Shown here: piece by piece, positions 36,996 to 51,294 of the stretch
Layout: each line of letters starts with the position of its first letter
Position numbering within the stretch: position 1 is the stretch's first letter
Source: Hypanus sabinus
Lineage: Eukaryota
DNA length: 64,000 nucleotides
Direction: 5' to 3'
Assembly: GCF_030144855.1 (NCBI RefSeq)
Contig: NC_082730.1
Span: forward strand, 14,074,001-14,138,000
Position numbers and translations under genes: made by a program
The notes under the pieces: model-generated
Seen by the model: the letters and a program-made list of their open reading frames with translations, nothing else
Database searches by the model: none
Told to the model about the DNA's origin: nothing

Positions 36996-39900
36996 CTGGA
37001 CCCCTGTGTTCAGTCCACATGGGAAGGCAGTAATGAGAAATATCTTGTTCCATCTCTTCTCTTCTGCAAGTGTGCTAAACGTTTTCCAAATTATTTCCAA
37101 TACTGGATGCTGATGAGTAAAACAAATGTTCACAGTTCTAGGAAGAGAATGAGAAGGAAATGCATTCCAAGTACAAGATCAGCCCTCAACCCAACCAGAA
37201 CTGAAGAACGAGACATTTCAATAACAGGAACAGCTGTCTATTGGAGACATCTTACTTTTCACGTATAATTCCTATGCTGATTTTAGTGAGTAAAAGTCAG
37301 CATGAAAATGATGTTTCATTGATGTAAAGGGAGTCTTTGCACTTACATCTGCAAATTTTACAAATTAATGCTCCCTGGGCAGGAACACTCTTTGCTAAGA
37401 TTATTCAAAACACTGGTGCCAGAGACCAAGATGTGTCCTCAGCTCCCTTCTCTCCTCCCTGCACACTCACAATTGCAGGCTGGCTTTTGTTTCTTTCTTC
37501 CCCCACCCACCCACACCCCTGCCCCCAGCCCCCATACAGGGTCTCCAACTGGAATAACTTTTGCCTCTATAGATGCTGCTGGACCCTTACAATTCTTCCA
37601 GCATTGTGTCTGAGGCTCCACACCCCAACATAGTTGAAACTATTCATGGAGTACTGAGCCCATACCAGTATGTGTAGTATGTGTACATATCTACACATAC
37701 TTTACCATCTCGGCTACTGAAACGGTGCACTGGACCCAAATTAACACAGATCATTCAAATGAACAAGTAAACGGCAGATGGTGGAAATTTGAGACAAGAA
37801 CAGAACATGCTGGAAATACCTTGTATGTCAGGCTGAATCCCTGGCAAATGAAAGAGAGTCAAGAGTCTTGGGTCTGAAACCTACACTCCTTCCTTTTCCA
37901 TGGGTACAGCCCGACCTGCTGAGTAATTCCTGCATTTACCATTGTCTGTAACATCCCACACTGGTCGTCACTCACCGGACAGTGAACAGATGAAAAGAAC
38001 CAGAATCCACATTGTTCAACTGTAGTGAACCTGTTAGCAGTAGTCCATCGCTTAGCTCGCAGCTCGAAGATCTAAATAGCTGACAATGACAAATAGGAAG
38101 TTGAAAGATGAAGGAGGCGGCAGGATGGAAATGGTGAAGATTAGTTACAGTCAGCAAAACTATTAATAACAGCCTGACTGAGAAGTCAGTGGTGACTGTG
38201 ATAAAAATACTGCTTTCACTCCGGTCAAGTATGATGCTCTCCTTATTCTCTTTATGGAAAAATGCCTGTGCATAACTTTGTTTAACATGGGGAATCAGAT
38301 GGCGAAAGTCCCTGACAGATCAGGGTCAATGTCCTGTGGTATGGAGTGCAAGCCGTATGTGGACATTCTCTGCTGCAGCTTTCCTCCATCTTCACTACCA
38401 TTCTGATGTATCACCATGTTCTGCCAGCTCTACCTTTGAGGACTTTGTTGGATCGCTCGTTGTCTGGAGGCTCCCATTTGACCATACCACCATGGGTGAC
38501 CTACCAGGAGTTAAGCTCAGACAGCAACACTCCCGGGATCTCAGGAACTCACAAGCCAGTCCACCACGACAGGGTTACGATCCACTGAGAAGGGTACCAT
38601 GTTCAGCGGGTGGGACTTGCTTCAATTGGCAATCGTCCAAAGAACTTACTTGCGGCTTGCACCAAATTGAGGACATGTTCTGCCTTGCCGGGCCTTCCTG
38701 AGCCTTTCTGCTGGGCAATGTCAGGCAATTGTGCTTTGGTGTCTCCAAGATCACACACGCACCAGGGTGCTGCGTGGGGCAGATGTAAAGTCCATAACTT
38801 AACTTGGAACCCGTTCAGTTACAGACTGAGTGAGATAGTTGTCTGGGGGAAAATTTCACTCAATTTTACTCACCCCAACACTGAACTGCTCCCACAACTG
38901 ATGGAGATATGTCCAAAGACTCTTCATCTCATTTTCTTGAAATTTACCGCTGACGTTTTTATTGTATTGTCTCAGCTTGTTGCATTTTGCATTTTGGTTG
39001 TTGGTCTGCCTTGGGTATGATTTTGCATTGACTCTGTTCTGCTTCTTTGTATTTACTGTGAATGTGTCACGACCAGGAGTTTTTATAAAGAAGAGAAAGA
39101 GTTTTTTTTTCATTTGTAATGTGGACTGTGGTTTCTGGGTGTAACCTCATGGGTATGTGGTGTCCCTTGGATTGTTTACCTTTTACATCTAGTCGTTTGT
39201 CTTAGAACTCGTTCTGCATTTTTTACTTTGTTTTGCAAGTGTTTCATTTAGGATCATGGGGATTTTCAAACTCTCTTTCTATTTATCACTTTCACTCAAT
39301 TTGGGATAATTTAATTAGAATGGTATTGTGAATAATTTGCATTGTAATTGTTGCCTTTGGGGATTATTGTTTCATCTGGGCGCCTATGTTGTTCGATTGG
39401 CACTGAGTTCCAGTGTGCTCCAGGGTGTATTTTTGGGGTGAATGCCAATCTCTCTTTGCTCTGTCATTGTGGATCCTTGGCTGATGAAACTCAAACTGAG
39501 TTCTTCTGTGTATTGTGAGTGGATTTATTTCCACAACAAAACTTTTGTTTTGATTGAGTTTCTGAAGTCACTGTGATTTCAGCACTTGAATTCACTAGTG
39601 AATCTTACAGAATACCTAGGAGGAAATTAACCTCAGGGTTGTGTACAGTGACATATATGTACTTTGATGCTAAATTTATTTTGAACATTGAAATCCATCT
39701 CATTTGAACAAGGCCTGACCATAGGAACACCTCTGATATCCAAGGCTCAGAAAACTCAGCCTCCAGAACAAACCTGGACAATGCAACCAAACCCTACTCA
39801 CAAGGAGGGCCTAGGCCCCACCCACGCCTACAGTTTTCTCCCATCATAAGCCCCACCTGTGCTCTGTACCGTGCCCCTTAGAGAGGCAGGTGTGTGTCTG

Positions 39901-40199
39901 TGCAGTCCGCCACAGGGATCTCTGCAGCCAACTTGCAGCATTCAAATGGCAGAGCCACCGTCAGGAATGGTCAACATCAGGGAAGCACCTGATGGGTTTG
40001 AACTGTCTGTGCCCTGCTGAGGTTACTTTTCACATGTCGCCATTAATGTAACATTATGACTGCACCAGTGACCCAGGCTCTATTCACACTACTATCTGTA
40101 AGGAGCTGATACGTTCTCTTCATGACCATGTGGGTTTCCTCTGGGTGCTCCAGTTTCCTCCCACATTCCCAGGACCCACAGGTTAGTAGGTTAATTAGG

Positions 40200-43100
40200 G
40201 GAAACTATCGTTGACAGTCTATGGAGTAGGATGCGTGTGCGCTGCTCCTAACTTTGATAACCTATCTCACACTGCTAGATCCATTTAAAGTTTGAAGATT
40301 TATTACTTTTACAGAAGGTTTTATGATTTAATTATGCTGGCAGGGATCAAAATAAAAGCTGGAATAACTATTGCTGAAACCGACCCAACAGAGCAATCAC
40401 CAGAAGTCCTTACTTCAGAAAGAATGCTCTCTTTAATGCAAGATATGAATACTAAGATTGATAGCCTGGTGAAGGCTAATGAAAAGTTTGAAAAACTTAT
40501 TTCTGTCATTCAGGAATCTTGTGGCAACCTGGAAATCCAATTTGAGCACTCAAGAAGTCTACCAGCAGAATTAAAACAGAACAGGTGGCTATGAATCAAG
40601 CTATTAAAGAACAAGAATTAAAGATAACAGCTATGGAAAAGATTAATGAGGCTACTTCAGAAGTATCGAGAATTCAGAAAAAAATGGTTGATCTGGAAAG
40701 TAGAAGCTGCAGGATGAAGTTATGCATACTGGGTTTACCTGAAAATACGGAAACTGGTGAGCCATTAAAATATTTTACAGATACGTTACATGAAAGTTTT
40801 AGTGAGATACTTGAAGTCCCTCCAATGATAGATAGAGCCCATTGTTCTCTCCATCCAAAGCCTTCACCTGAGATGAAACCTCGACATATGCCTGAATTAT
40901 ATTACAACTAAAGAAGTGATTCTCCGAGACACAAGGAAGCGAGCGAAGCTAATCTTTAATGGGGCATCCATTCGTATAATTGAACATTTTGCTTCAGAGG
41001 TTTATGTTGAAAGAGTTAAATATCAGGAAGCGATGGAATGAACTTCATAAATATAAGTGTCGTCCTTCTTTGTGCTTCCCAGATCATCTGAGAATCTCTC
41101 CACGTTATGATCACGCCAAATGGATTGACTCTCCAGAAGAGAGTTGGAGATTCATAACGGAGTTCAAAGCTGTCTCACAAGCAATTTGAACCATTAATCT
41201 TTAGCTGGGAGTTGTTGAAATGGGAAAAACTTTAATACTTAATATAGTTTTGGATTTAATGTACACATATTTACCTACTTTTTTACTGACTTGTAAGTGG
41301 CCAGCGCTAGTCATAACACATTAATTGGTTGGATTTAAGCTTTTTTAAATATATGACTAACTTATCTTAAACAAATTTAAGACGGCTGTTGTTAGTCAGG
41401 TTCTAACCTTTATTAAACATAATATCAAAATATTTGAAATTGTTTACTTTATTTTTTTCTGTTTTGTCTTGAGCTAATACATAACTGTCTGAGAAGAGCC
41501 TGCCAATCGGAAACAGGGTTGAGGAGATAGTAGTTTAGCATGCTGTCCGCTTACTATACGGTTTTCTTGCTTTGGGGGGAGGGGGTGGGTTTACTAGATT
41601 AGGTGTTTTCCGACTGGGCAATCTTGAGAGGTTTTTCTGACAATCATGTTACATTTTTTAAAAACTTTGATCGAGTTCATGCTCTATTTTTCCTAGTATA
41701 TTTAACTTGTGCTTAGGCAATAACTTACTTTACATAATCTTATATTAAAATTTAAGTATGGATATTAATAAAATTAATATAACATTCTGGAATTTGAATG
41801 GTATGAACCAACCTATTAAGCAGAAGAAGATCTTTAAGAAATTAAAAACACTTCAGGCTGATATTATTTTTGCACAGGAGACCCATATTCATAGGGAAGA
41901 TAAAAACGTATATTTTTTTAATTTTGGAGGGGTTATCAATTTCATTCTTTATCAGTACCTAAAATTAGAGGGATATCTATTTTTATTAAATCTAAAATCC
42001 CTTCCATACATTTTAATACTGTTACTGATTTAATTGTTACTTGTCTATTATGTGGTCAAAAGGTGGCTCGAGTATGTGTTTATGCACCTAATATAGATAG
42101 TCCTGAATCTTTTAAGAAACTATTTTCTGCATTGCCAAATTTAAATGAACACAAGTCGATTATGGGTGTTGACTTCAATTGTTGTTTATTTCCTTAAATT
42201 GTTAAGCCATCAACCAATCCCCTGCTTCCTATTAAGGCTGCGACTTGTATTAACTCTTTTTTATTGGAACAAGGTTTGGTTGATATCTGGAGATTTATAC
42301 ATCCTGAAGATAGGGATTTTTCTTTCTTTTTGCATGTCTATCATAAATACTCAAGAATTGATTATTTTTTGCTGGACAGACAAATGGTGCCCTTTGTTGC
42401 TGATTGCACATATGATGTCATCACGTTGTCGGACCGCGCACCATGAAATTAACATTTAGATTTCCTGAAAATATCTTAAATTCTTCTCAGTGGAGATTCA
42501 ATACTACATTATGGCAGGACTTAGCTTTTGTAAGTTTTATTAAAGAACAAATTTATTCATTTTTGAATTAAGTACAACTGAGCGAATGTCAAATTTGGTT
42601 ATTTGGGATACGATGAAATATTTTCTTAGGGGACAGATAATTTCATATTCAGTAGGTTTAAGAATGAAAACCAAAGTGGAACTTTTAGTGATTAATAACA
42701 TGATTAAGGAAATAGATAAAGTTTGTTCAGTAACACCTAGTGAAGACCTTCATAAGGAAAACATGAAACTTCAAACACAGTATGATCTGCTTTTGACTTT
42801 TCCCATTGAGCAGCAACTTCTTAAATCTAAAGGTCAGTCTTATATGCATGGAGATCAGTCAGGCGAATTGTTGGCTGTTCAATTAAAAGCAGATATGGCT
42901 AGAAGTCAGATTTTGAAAATACGAAGAGCTGATAGAAGTGAAACATCAGATGGTCAGGAAGTTAATAAGGTATTTATGGATTTCTACTCTAACCTTTATA
43001 AATCTGACATTTTAGGCAATACTACTTCTATGAATAGATTTTTGCAAATGTTGAATATACCTAAAATTTCAACTCAAGATGTGAATACATTAGATGCACC

Positions 43101-45969
43101 TATTAAACAGGAGGACATACTAAGGGCTATATCCTCTGTTCAATCAGGTAAGGATCTGGGACCAGATGGATATACAGTGGAATTTTTTAAGTCTTTTACT
43201 GAGATACTTACTCCTAATTTATGTCAAGTTTTCACTGATTCTAAATCGTCTGGGAATCTCCCAAAAAATTTTTATAAGGTATTAATTTCACTAATTCCTA
43301 AAAATGGAGAAGATTTATCTGAATGTGCTTCCTATAGACCAATTTCTTTACTGAATGTGCATTCTAAGATTCTTTCTAAAATTTTGGCTAATAGTATCGA
43401 GAATCATTAACCTAAAGTTATGTCTAACGATCAAACTGGATTTATTAAGCATAGATATTCATATTTTAATATTCAAACACTATTGAACATTATTTATTCC
43501 TCTCCATCCAAAGAACCTGAATGTGTTGTTTCCTTTGATGCAGAGAAAGCCTCTGATAGAGTGGAGTTGTTCTATTTATTTGAAATTTTAGAAAGATTTA
43601 ATTGTGGTCCAGGTTTCAGTTCCTGGATCAAATTGATCTATCAAGCTCCTGTGGCTGTGGTTATAACTAACAATCAAAAACCTCCCTATTTTAGACTATC
43701 AGAGGTAACCAGCAGGACTGTCCTCTTAGTCCTTTGTTACTTAACTTGGCTCTAGAATCTCTTGCTATTGCTCTTCGGAATTCCAATAGTATTCAGGGTT
43801 TTAAGAGAGGGGAAAAAATGCATGAGATTTTGTTGTATGCAGACTGACTTGTTAGTCTACATTTCAGATCCTAAGAAATCTATTCCTTCTGTGTTATCCA
43901 TATTCTCTGAATTTAGTGGTTTTTCTGGATATAAATTAAATTTATACAGAAGTGAGTTATTTCCAATTAATAATTATTTGGATCAGTATGAGCAATTACA
44001 TTTTAGCATTGCTAAAAATCAATTTACTTATCTTGGTATTAAAGTTGCTAAGAATTTTAAATATCTGTATAAATATAATTTTTCCCATTAATTGATCATA
44101 CCCAACAAACACTTTCTAAATGGTCTCCTATGATGCTATCATTAATTGGTCAAACTAATGCTATTAAAATAATAGTTCTACCAAAATTCTTATATATATT
44201 TCAATCATTTCCTTCATTTGTTCCTAAACACTTTTTTTGACAGAATAGACTCTAAAATTTTATCTTATATTTGGAACAATAAAAATCTTAGATTGAGTAA
44301 ACCTTTATTGCAGAAATTAAAAAAAAAACAACAGTAGTATGTACTACGGGGCAATGACTATTCGATATATTACCCGTTCGATTCATTATGCAGACGTATA
44401 TGACTGTCCTTTGTGGGTGCAATTGGAGAAAAACTCGGTGAAGTGGTATTCATTGGCCTCTTTACTGGAAGCTCCTCTTCCTTTTCTGCTATCTAAGTCT
44501 GGTAGACAAGATCTCAATCCTATTATTAAACATATATTAAGAATTTAGTTTCAGTTTTGCAGATTTTTTGAATTAAATAATTTTGTCCTTTTTATTAAAA
44601 TATATCGTAACTTTAAAAAAAAAACGTCAATGTAGTCCTGACGAAGGGTCTCGGCCCGAAACGTCGACACCGCTTCTCCCTATGGATGCTGCCTAGCCTG
44701 CTGTGTCCTACCAACATTTTGTGTGTGTTGTAATTTTAGATCAGGCTTTTTTAATTTGGAAAACCAAAGGAATAATAACTTTTTTGGATCTGCTTATAGG
44801 GGATTGTGTAATGTCTTCTACTCAGCTAGCGGATAAATTTGATTTATCCAATGTACGCTTTTTTAGATATTTACAAATTAGGAATTTCTTACACCTTTGT
44901 TTCCAACTTATCCATCCGCTTCTCCATCTAATATAACAGATATCCTCTTCCAGGTTAAACCACTCGAAAAAGGATCAATAGCTACAATTTATATATGGTT
45001 ATTGAATTTACAAATGATATCTAACGGTAAAACTAAAGCTGCCTGGAAATTAGAATTTCAAGAGTTACTTTCAGATAATCAATGGAGTAAAATTTTTCAT
45101 CTGGTAAATACTTCATCTATTTGTGCCCGTCATTCCTTGATACAGTTCAAGATAGTGTATCGGGCACATATGTCAAACGGTAAATTAGCCTGTATTTTTC
45201 CCAATATTAGTCCTATTTGTGATAAATGTAATACTCAAGTGGCCACTTTAACTCACATGTTTTGGTCTTCCATAACGTTGGAGAATTTTTGGAAAGATGT
45301 TTTTAAAACCTTATCTAAAGTGCTGGATCTGGATTTACAACCAAACTTATTTACAGCTATTTTTGGGATTATTTCATCAGAAGCAGGATATATTCCTGCT
45401 TCCACTCAGTAGATGATAGCCTTTTCAACTTTATTGGCCAGGAGAACCATTTTACTTAAATGGAAGGACCCGAATCCTCCTACTGCCTTCTATTGGCTTT
45501 CATCTATCATGTTCTGTTTAAGTCTCGAGAAAATAAGAAGTTGGACATTGGATATATCTTTTACATTTGAAGAAATCTGGTGACTCTTTGTGCAATATTT
45601 TCATATGATCTGATTTTTGTACTGATTCTCTTACAGCTATTTTTTCAGAACCATGGATTTGATCAGAGAGTCTCTCTTCTTTTGATTTTTCTCTCAGAAT
45701 GGACTGCCCAGTCCTTTTTTTTTGTTTAGAATAGTGTTTTCTTTTTCTCTTTTCTTTTATATAAAAAATTAATAATAGTCCTTCCTTTCTTCATAAACTG
45801 ATAAGAGGAGAATTATACATCCTATATTAATTATACACTTTGTAGATTCCAATACTGTTCATTTTACCTTCAGTATGTACTGCTATTGACATATATACTA
45901 GAGATATTCTCCTCCTGTTTGTATACACACTTTTTTTTGATCAATAAAATGATTGAGAAAAGAAAAGAA
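40200..45969 (+). mobile_element. Near full-length decayed L1-clade LINE (~5.8 kb) inserted in a SINE
   Basis: ORF1 (DLESRSCR...ILGLPE...IDRAH); ORF2 EN (WNLNGMN, QETH, SRIDYF), RT (GPDG, YRPISLLN, DQTGF) and C-terminal CxxC-H; AATAAA plus A-rich tail; TSD aggttaattagg at 40188-40199 and 45970-45981. Confidence 0.92.
44634..44668 (+). ncRNA. Minimal type I hammerhead ribozyme motif in a Penelope-derived insert (~44629-44730) within the L1
   Basis: GTC-CTGACGA-A-GGGT(CTCG)GCCC-GAAA-C-GTC-GAC: core boxes, stem II, GUC site and stem I are all present. Confidence 0.6.
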
Positions 45970-46339
45970 AGGTTAATTAGGCAGTTGATTCTTGTTGGGT
46001 CAGGTAGGCCTCTTAATGTGGTATATCTCTAAGTACAATTAAATTTAAAACTAAAATTATTCAGGTGAGAGTGGGCAGTGACCCTTCAGATGTTAGAAGT
46101 CCCACTGGTGGTTTTGAACCTTCCCATTGAAGGGTCGTATCCAAAATGTCAACTGGCTATTTTTCTGGTCTGCCGGTCTGCTGGTCTGGTTTTCTGGTCA
46201 CCTGGTCAGCTGAGTTTCTGGTCCCTGTAGCAATTGGGATGTCCCACTGTTTGAACAAGTTTAGCAGAGTGAGAAGGTCTTTGAAAAAAACTGCTGAATG
46301 CCTTTCTACAGGAACCAGCTCTGACAACAAAAATAAACT

Positions 46340-49300
46340 GTACATGAACTGTGGATGCAGGAAAGAAACTCGGATGGTAGTTTGGCTCCCAGGTGCCAGT
46401 GTCCAGATTATCCTGCAGAGAGAGGGAGAACAACTAGAAGTCATGGTACACATTGATACCAAAGACATAGGTAGGTAAAGGGAAGAGGTCCTGAAAAGAG
46501 CCTACAAAGAGTTAGGAAGGAAGCTGAGAAGCAGGATCACAAAAGTAGTAATCTCGGGATTTCTGCCTGTGCCATGCGACAGTGAGAATAGGAATAGAAT
46601 GAGGTGGAGGATACATGTGTGACTGAGGGATTAAAGCAGGGGCAGGGATTCAGATTTCTGTATCATTGGGACCTCTTTTGGGGCAGGTGTGACCTGTACA
46701 AAAAGAACGGGATACACTGGAATCCCAGGGGTCCAATATCCTGCTGGGGAGATTTGCTAAGGCTACTAGGAAGAGTTTAAACTACAATTGTTGGGGGGTG
46801 GGAACCAAATTGAAGAGAATGTGGAAGAGGAGGTTGGCTCACAAATAGAGAAAGCTTTTAGACATTGCGAGAGGGAGGATAGTCAAGTGATAGAGAATGG
46901 ATGCACTCAGACCGAAGGTTTGAGATGTGTCTATTTTTACACAAGCTGTGTTGCGGACAAAGCGGATGAGGTTCAAGCATGGATCAGTACTTGGAGATAC
47001 GTTGTGGTGGCCATTTTAGAGACTTGGATGACTCAGGGACAGAAACAGATCGTGGAATTGTGTATTAATAACAGAGATGTTGTGATGGGAGATTTTAATT
47101 TCCCAAATATCGATTGGCATCTCCCGAAACCAAGGGGTTTAGATGGGGTGGAGTTTGTTTGGTGTGTTCAAGAAAGTTTCTTGACACAGTATGTAGATAA
47201 GCCTACAAGAGGTGAAGCTGTACATGATTTGGTATTGGGAAATGAACCTGGTCAGGTGTCAGATCTCTCAGTTGGAGAGCATTTTGGAGATAGTGATCAT
47301 AATTCTATCTTCTTTACAATAGCATTGGAGAGAGATAGGAACAGACAAGTTTGAAAAGTGTTTAATTGGACTAAGGGGAATCAGGCAAGAAATTGGAGGC
47401 TTAATTTGGAAACAGATGTTCTCAGGGAAAAGTACGGACTTGTGGCAAATATTCAGGGGATATTTGTATGGAGTTCTCTATAGATATGTTTCAATGAGAC
47501 AGTGAAGTTATGGTCGGGTACAGGAACCATGGTGTACAAAGGTTGTAATAAATTTAGTCAAGAAGAAAAGTAAAGCTTACAAAACATTCAGAGAACTAGG
47601 TAATTTTAGAGATCTAGAAGATTATGAGGCTACAAGGAAGTAGATTAAGAAGGAAATTAGGAGAGCCAGAAGGGGCCATGAGAAGGCCTTGGTGGACAAG
47701 ATTAAGGAAAACCCCAAGGCATTCTACAAGAAGGTGAAGAGCAAGAGGATAAAATATGAAAGCATAGGACCCAACAAGTGTGACAGTGGGAAAGTGTGTA
47801 TGGAACTGGAGGAAGTAGCAGTGGTACTTAATGAATGCTTTACTTCAGTATTCACTTTGGAAAAGGATCTTGGTGATTGTAGTGATGACTTGCAGCAGAC
47901 TGAAAAGCTTGAGTATGTAGATATTAAGAAAGAGGATGTGCTGGAACTTTGAGAAAACATCAAATTGGGTAAGTCGCTGGGACCTGATGAAATGTACCTC
48001 AAGCTACTGTGGGAGGTGAGGGAGGAGATTGCCGAGTCTCTGGCGATGATCTTTGAATCATCAATGGGAACAGGAGAGGGTCCAGAAGATTGGAGGTTTG
48101 CAGATGTTGTTCCTTTATTCAAGAAAGGGAGCAGAGATAGCCCAGGAAATTTTCGACCAGTGAGTCTTCTCTCGGTGGTTGGTAAGTTGATGGAGAAGAT
48201 CCTGAGAGGCAGGATTTATGAACATTTGGAGAGGCATTATATAATTAGGAATAGTCAGCATGGCTTTGTCAAAGGCAGGTCATGCCTTACCATCCTGATT
48301 GAATTTTCTGAGGATGTTACTAAACACATTGATGAAGGAAGAGAAGTAGATGTAGTGTATATGGATTTCAGCAAGGCATCTGATAAGGGACCCTATACAA
48401 GGCTTATTGAGAAAGTAAGGAGGCATGGGACATTGCTTTGTGGATCCAGAACTGACTTGCCCACAAAAGGCAAAGAATTGTTGTAGACAGGTTATATTCT
48501 GCATGGAATTCAATCACCAGTGGTGTGCCTTGGGGATCTTTTCTGGGATCCTTACTCTTTCTGACTTTTATAAATGACCCAGATGAGGAAGTTGAGGGAT
48601 GGATTAGTAATTTTGCTGATGACACTAAGTTTGGAGGTGTTGTGGATAGTGTAGAGGGCTGTCAGAGGTTACAGCGGGACATTGATAAGATGCAAAACTT
48701 GGCTGAGAAGTGGCAGATGGAGTTCAACCTAGATAAGTGTGAAGTGATTCATTTTGGTAGATCTAATATGATGGCAGAATATAGTATTAATGGTAAGACT
48801 CCTAGCAGTGTGGAAGATCAGAGGGATCGTGGGGTCTGAGTCCATAGGACACTTAAAGCAGCTGCGCAGGTTGACTCTGTAGGTAAGAATGTGTTCGGTG
48901 TATTGTCTTTCATCAATCATGAAACTGAATTTAGGAGCTGAGAGGTAATGTTGCAACTATATAGAACCCTGGCCAAACCCCACTTGGATTACTGTGCTCA
49001 GTTCTGGTCACCTCACTACAGGAAGGATATAGAAGCCATAGAAAGGTTGCAGAGGAGATTTACAAGGATGTTGCCTGGATTGGGGAGCATGCCTTAAAGA
49101 GAATAGTTTGAGTGAACTCGGCCTTTCCTCCTTGAAGCGAAGGAGGATGAGAGGTGACCTGATAGAGGTGTATAAGATGATGAGAGGCATTGGTTGTGTA
49201 GATAGTCAAAGGCTTTTCCCCAGGGCTGAAATGTTTGCCAAAACAGGACACAGGTTTAAAGTGCTGGGGAGTAGGTGCAGAGGACATGTCAGGGGTCGTT

Positions 49301-49370
49301 TTTTACTCAGAAAGTGGGGAGTGCATGGAATGGGTGACAGCAACGGTGGTGGACGTGGATACGATTAGGT
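46340..49370 (+). mobile_element. CR1 LINE (ORF1 end plus ORF2 EN-RT with internal deletion), decayed
   Basis: VHIDTKD, GDFNFP, GPDE, FRPVSLLSVVGKLME, SQHGF, FADDTK motifs. Confidence 0.92.
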
Positions 49371-51294
49371 CTATTATGAAAAAAACAAACGTCAAAGCAT
49401 GATTCTTGAGGATCTGAAGACAATTCAAAAATGGAGCACAGGAGGGTGAGCGACAACATGATAGGGATGTACTAAATTATCAGAGGCATAGATCAAGTGG
49501 CTGTCCAATGTATATCTCAGGGCAGAAATAGCTAAAGCATGGGGAATAATTTCAAAGTGATTGGGGATAGTATGGATGGGGTGTCAGAGGCAGGATCTTC
49601 GCACAGAGTGCTGGGTGCATGGAAAGCCTTGCCAGGAGTGATGGAATATGCAGATACATTTAAATAATCTCTCTGGTGGGCACATGGAGGATTGGAGAGT
49701 TACAGAAAGAAAGGATTAGATTGATCTTCGAGGAGGTTAAAAGGCCCTATACTCTGCTGAAATGTTCTATCTTCTATGAGTGGTGGAAACAACCCAGTCC
49801 ACACAGGTAAAGGCCACCCCACCACTGGACAAACACATTTACAGGGAAAGCTGCCACAAAAAAGCGACGCCCATCATCAGGGACCCCCACCATCCAGGCT
49901 CACTTCTCACGAATGCCGTTGCAAACGACGTTTCCAAACTAGGCAGTGAGGCAGCTGCTCAGGTTCCTCGTGTTCTCTGGGATGTAGAGTATCACAACCT
50001 GGAGATTTATTGGTTTTCAATCACATCAGTTTTCCCATCACCATTCTGATATTACTGGTGAACACTGACTTTCTACCTTTCAATATACGTACTCTCTGAT
50101 CTCCAGTATTTCTGGGAGAATATTTGTTTCCCATATCTCTGCATCTCTCCACCACTGAGAAAAGTAACTTAATTTTTCTTGAATACAGGTTCACCAGATT
50201 CTGGGAGAAGAAATCTTCCCAAATCCCAGTTGTAAATGGCTCTGATCTAAGGTCACTCGTGACATCCCAGAAATCAGTCTGCTGATCCTCTGCTCGCCTC
50301 CCCCAAGACAAGAACATCTTTCATCCGATCAAATTTGCTGACAAGCCTGGAGGCCCGAGAGCAAGGAACAAGTTGAAGTTAGAAAGATTTAAGCTTCGGG
50401 CCAGAAGGGAAATGTCGCATACAAGCTGAATTGAGGCAGTGGGTCCCACGCTCAAGAGCGTATTGAAGTGGCAGGGTCTGCATCCAAGAGTGAGGACCAA
50501 CTTGCTGTTTGGCTGATTTAAGCACTGGGCCAGAGTGAAAAGGTCAGGGCTGGAGGTGAGCCATCCAGGCTCACTTCTCAGGAATACCGTTGCATAGGAG
50601 GTGCTGTCACCTTAGGTACCACTCACCCAGGTTCAAGATTAGTTAGTGCCCTTCAATCATCAGACTCCTGGACTGAGGTGGATAACTTCACACACCTCAA
50701 CTTTGAACTAATTCCACAACCCATGGACTCAGACTCACTTTGTAGGATTTCAAAACTCATTTTCAGGATAAATAATGTATGAAAGATATTGAATTTTTTT
50801 GCACTCTGTCTTCTTTGCACATTGGTTGTTGGTCAGTCTTTTGATTGGGTGCAATTTTTTTCATTGAATCTACTGTATTTCTTTGTTCTACTGTGAATGC
50901 CCACATGAAAATATATCTCCAGGCAATATATGAAGACATATCTACTTTGATAATAAATAAATTTGAACTTTGAAGTAATGGAGATGCTGCTTTCATCAGA
51001 TGCCTTCCAACTACTCAAATGCACACAATGATCACTCACTATTGTTTCGTTAAGAGAACTCCCAGTTATATTGGCTATGTTTTTCATTTAAACAATACCG
51101 GCCTTGAATTTTTCAGATGATGTTTGGGTGTGAGACAGTGGAATTCCTTGTTCCTCATAGTACTGTCAACCATCCATCTGACCACTCATCAGTGAAGCTG
51201 ATGGTACTTCACGTGTGAAGTCTGTCTCTTGCAGGTCTCTCTCCAATCTACTGGAGCCTGATAAGCCAAGCAGAAAATATCAGTGGTCAGTCTT

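Noticed and set aside
5677-45981. Shared L1 target-site motif (agggttagatt vs aggttaatt)
   Set aside because: The two elements are in opposite orientations relative to the motif, and two sites are too few.
40292-49368. Active L1/CR1 proteins
   Set aside because: ORFs are broken by many stops and frameshifts.
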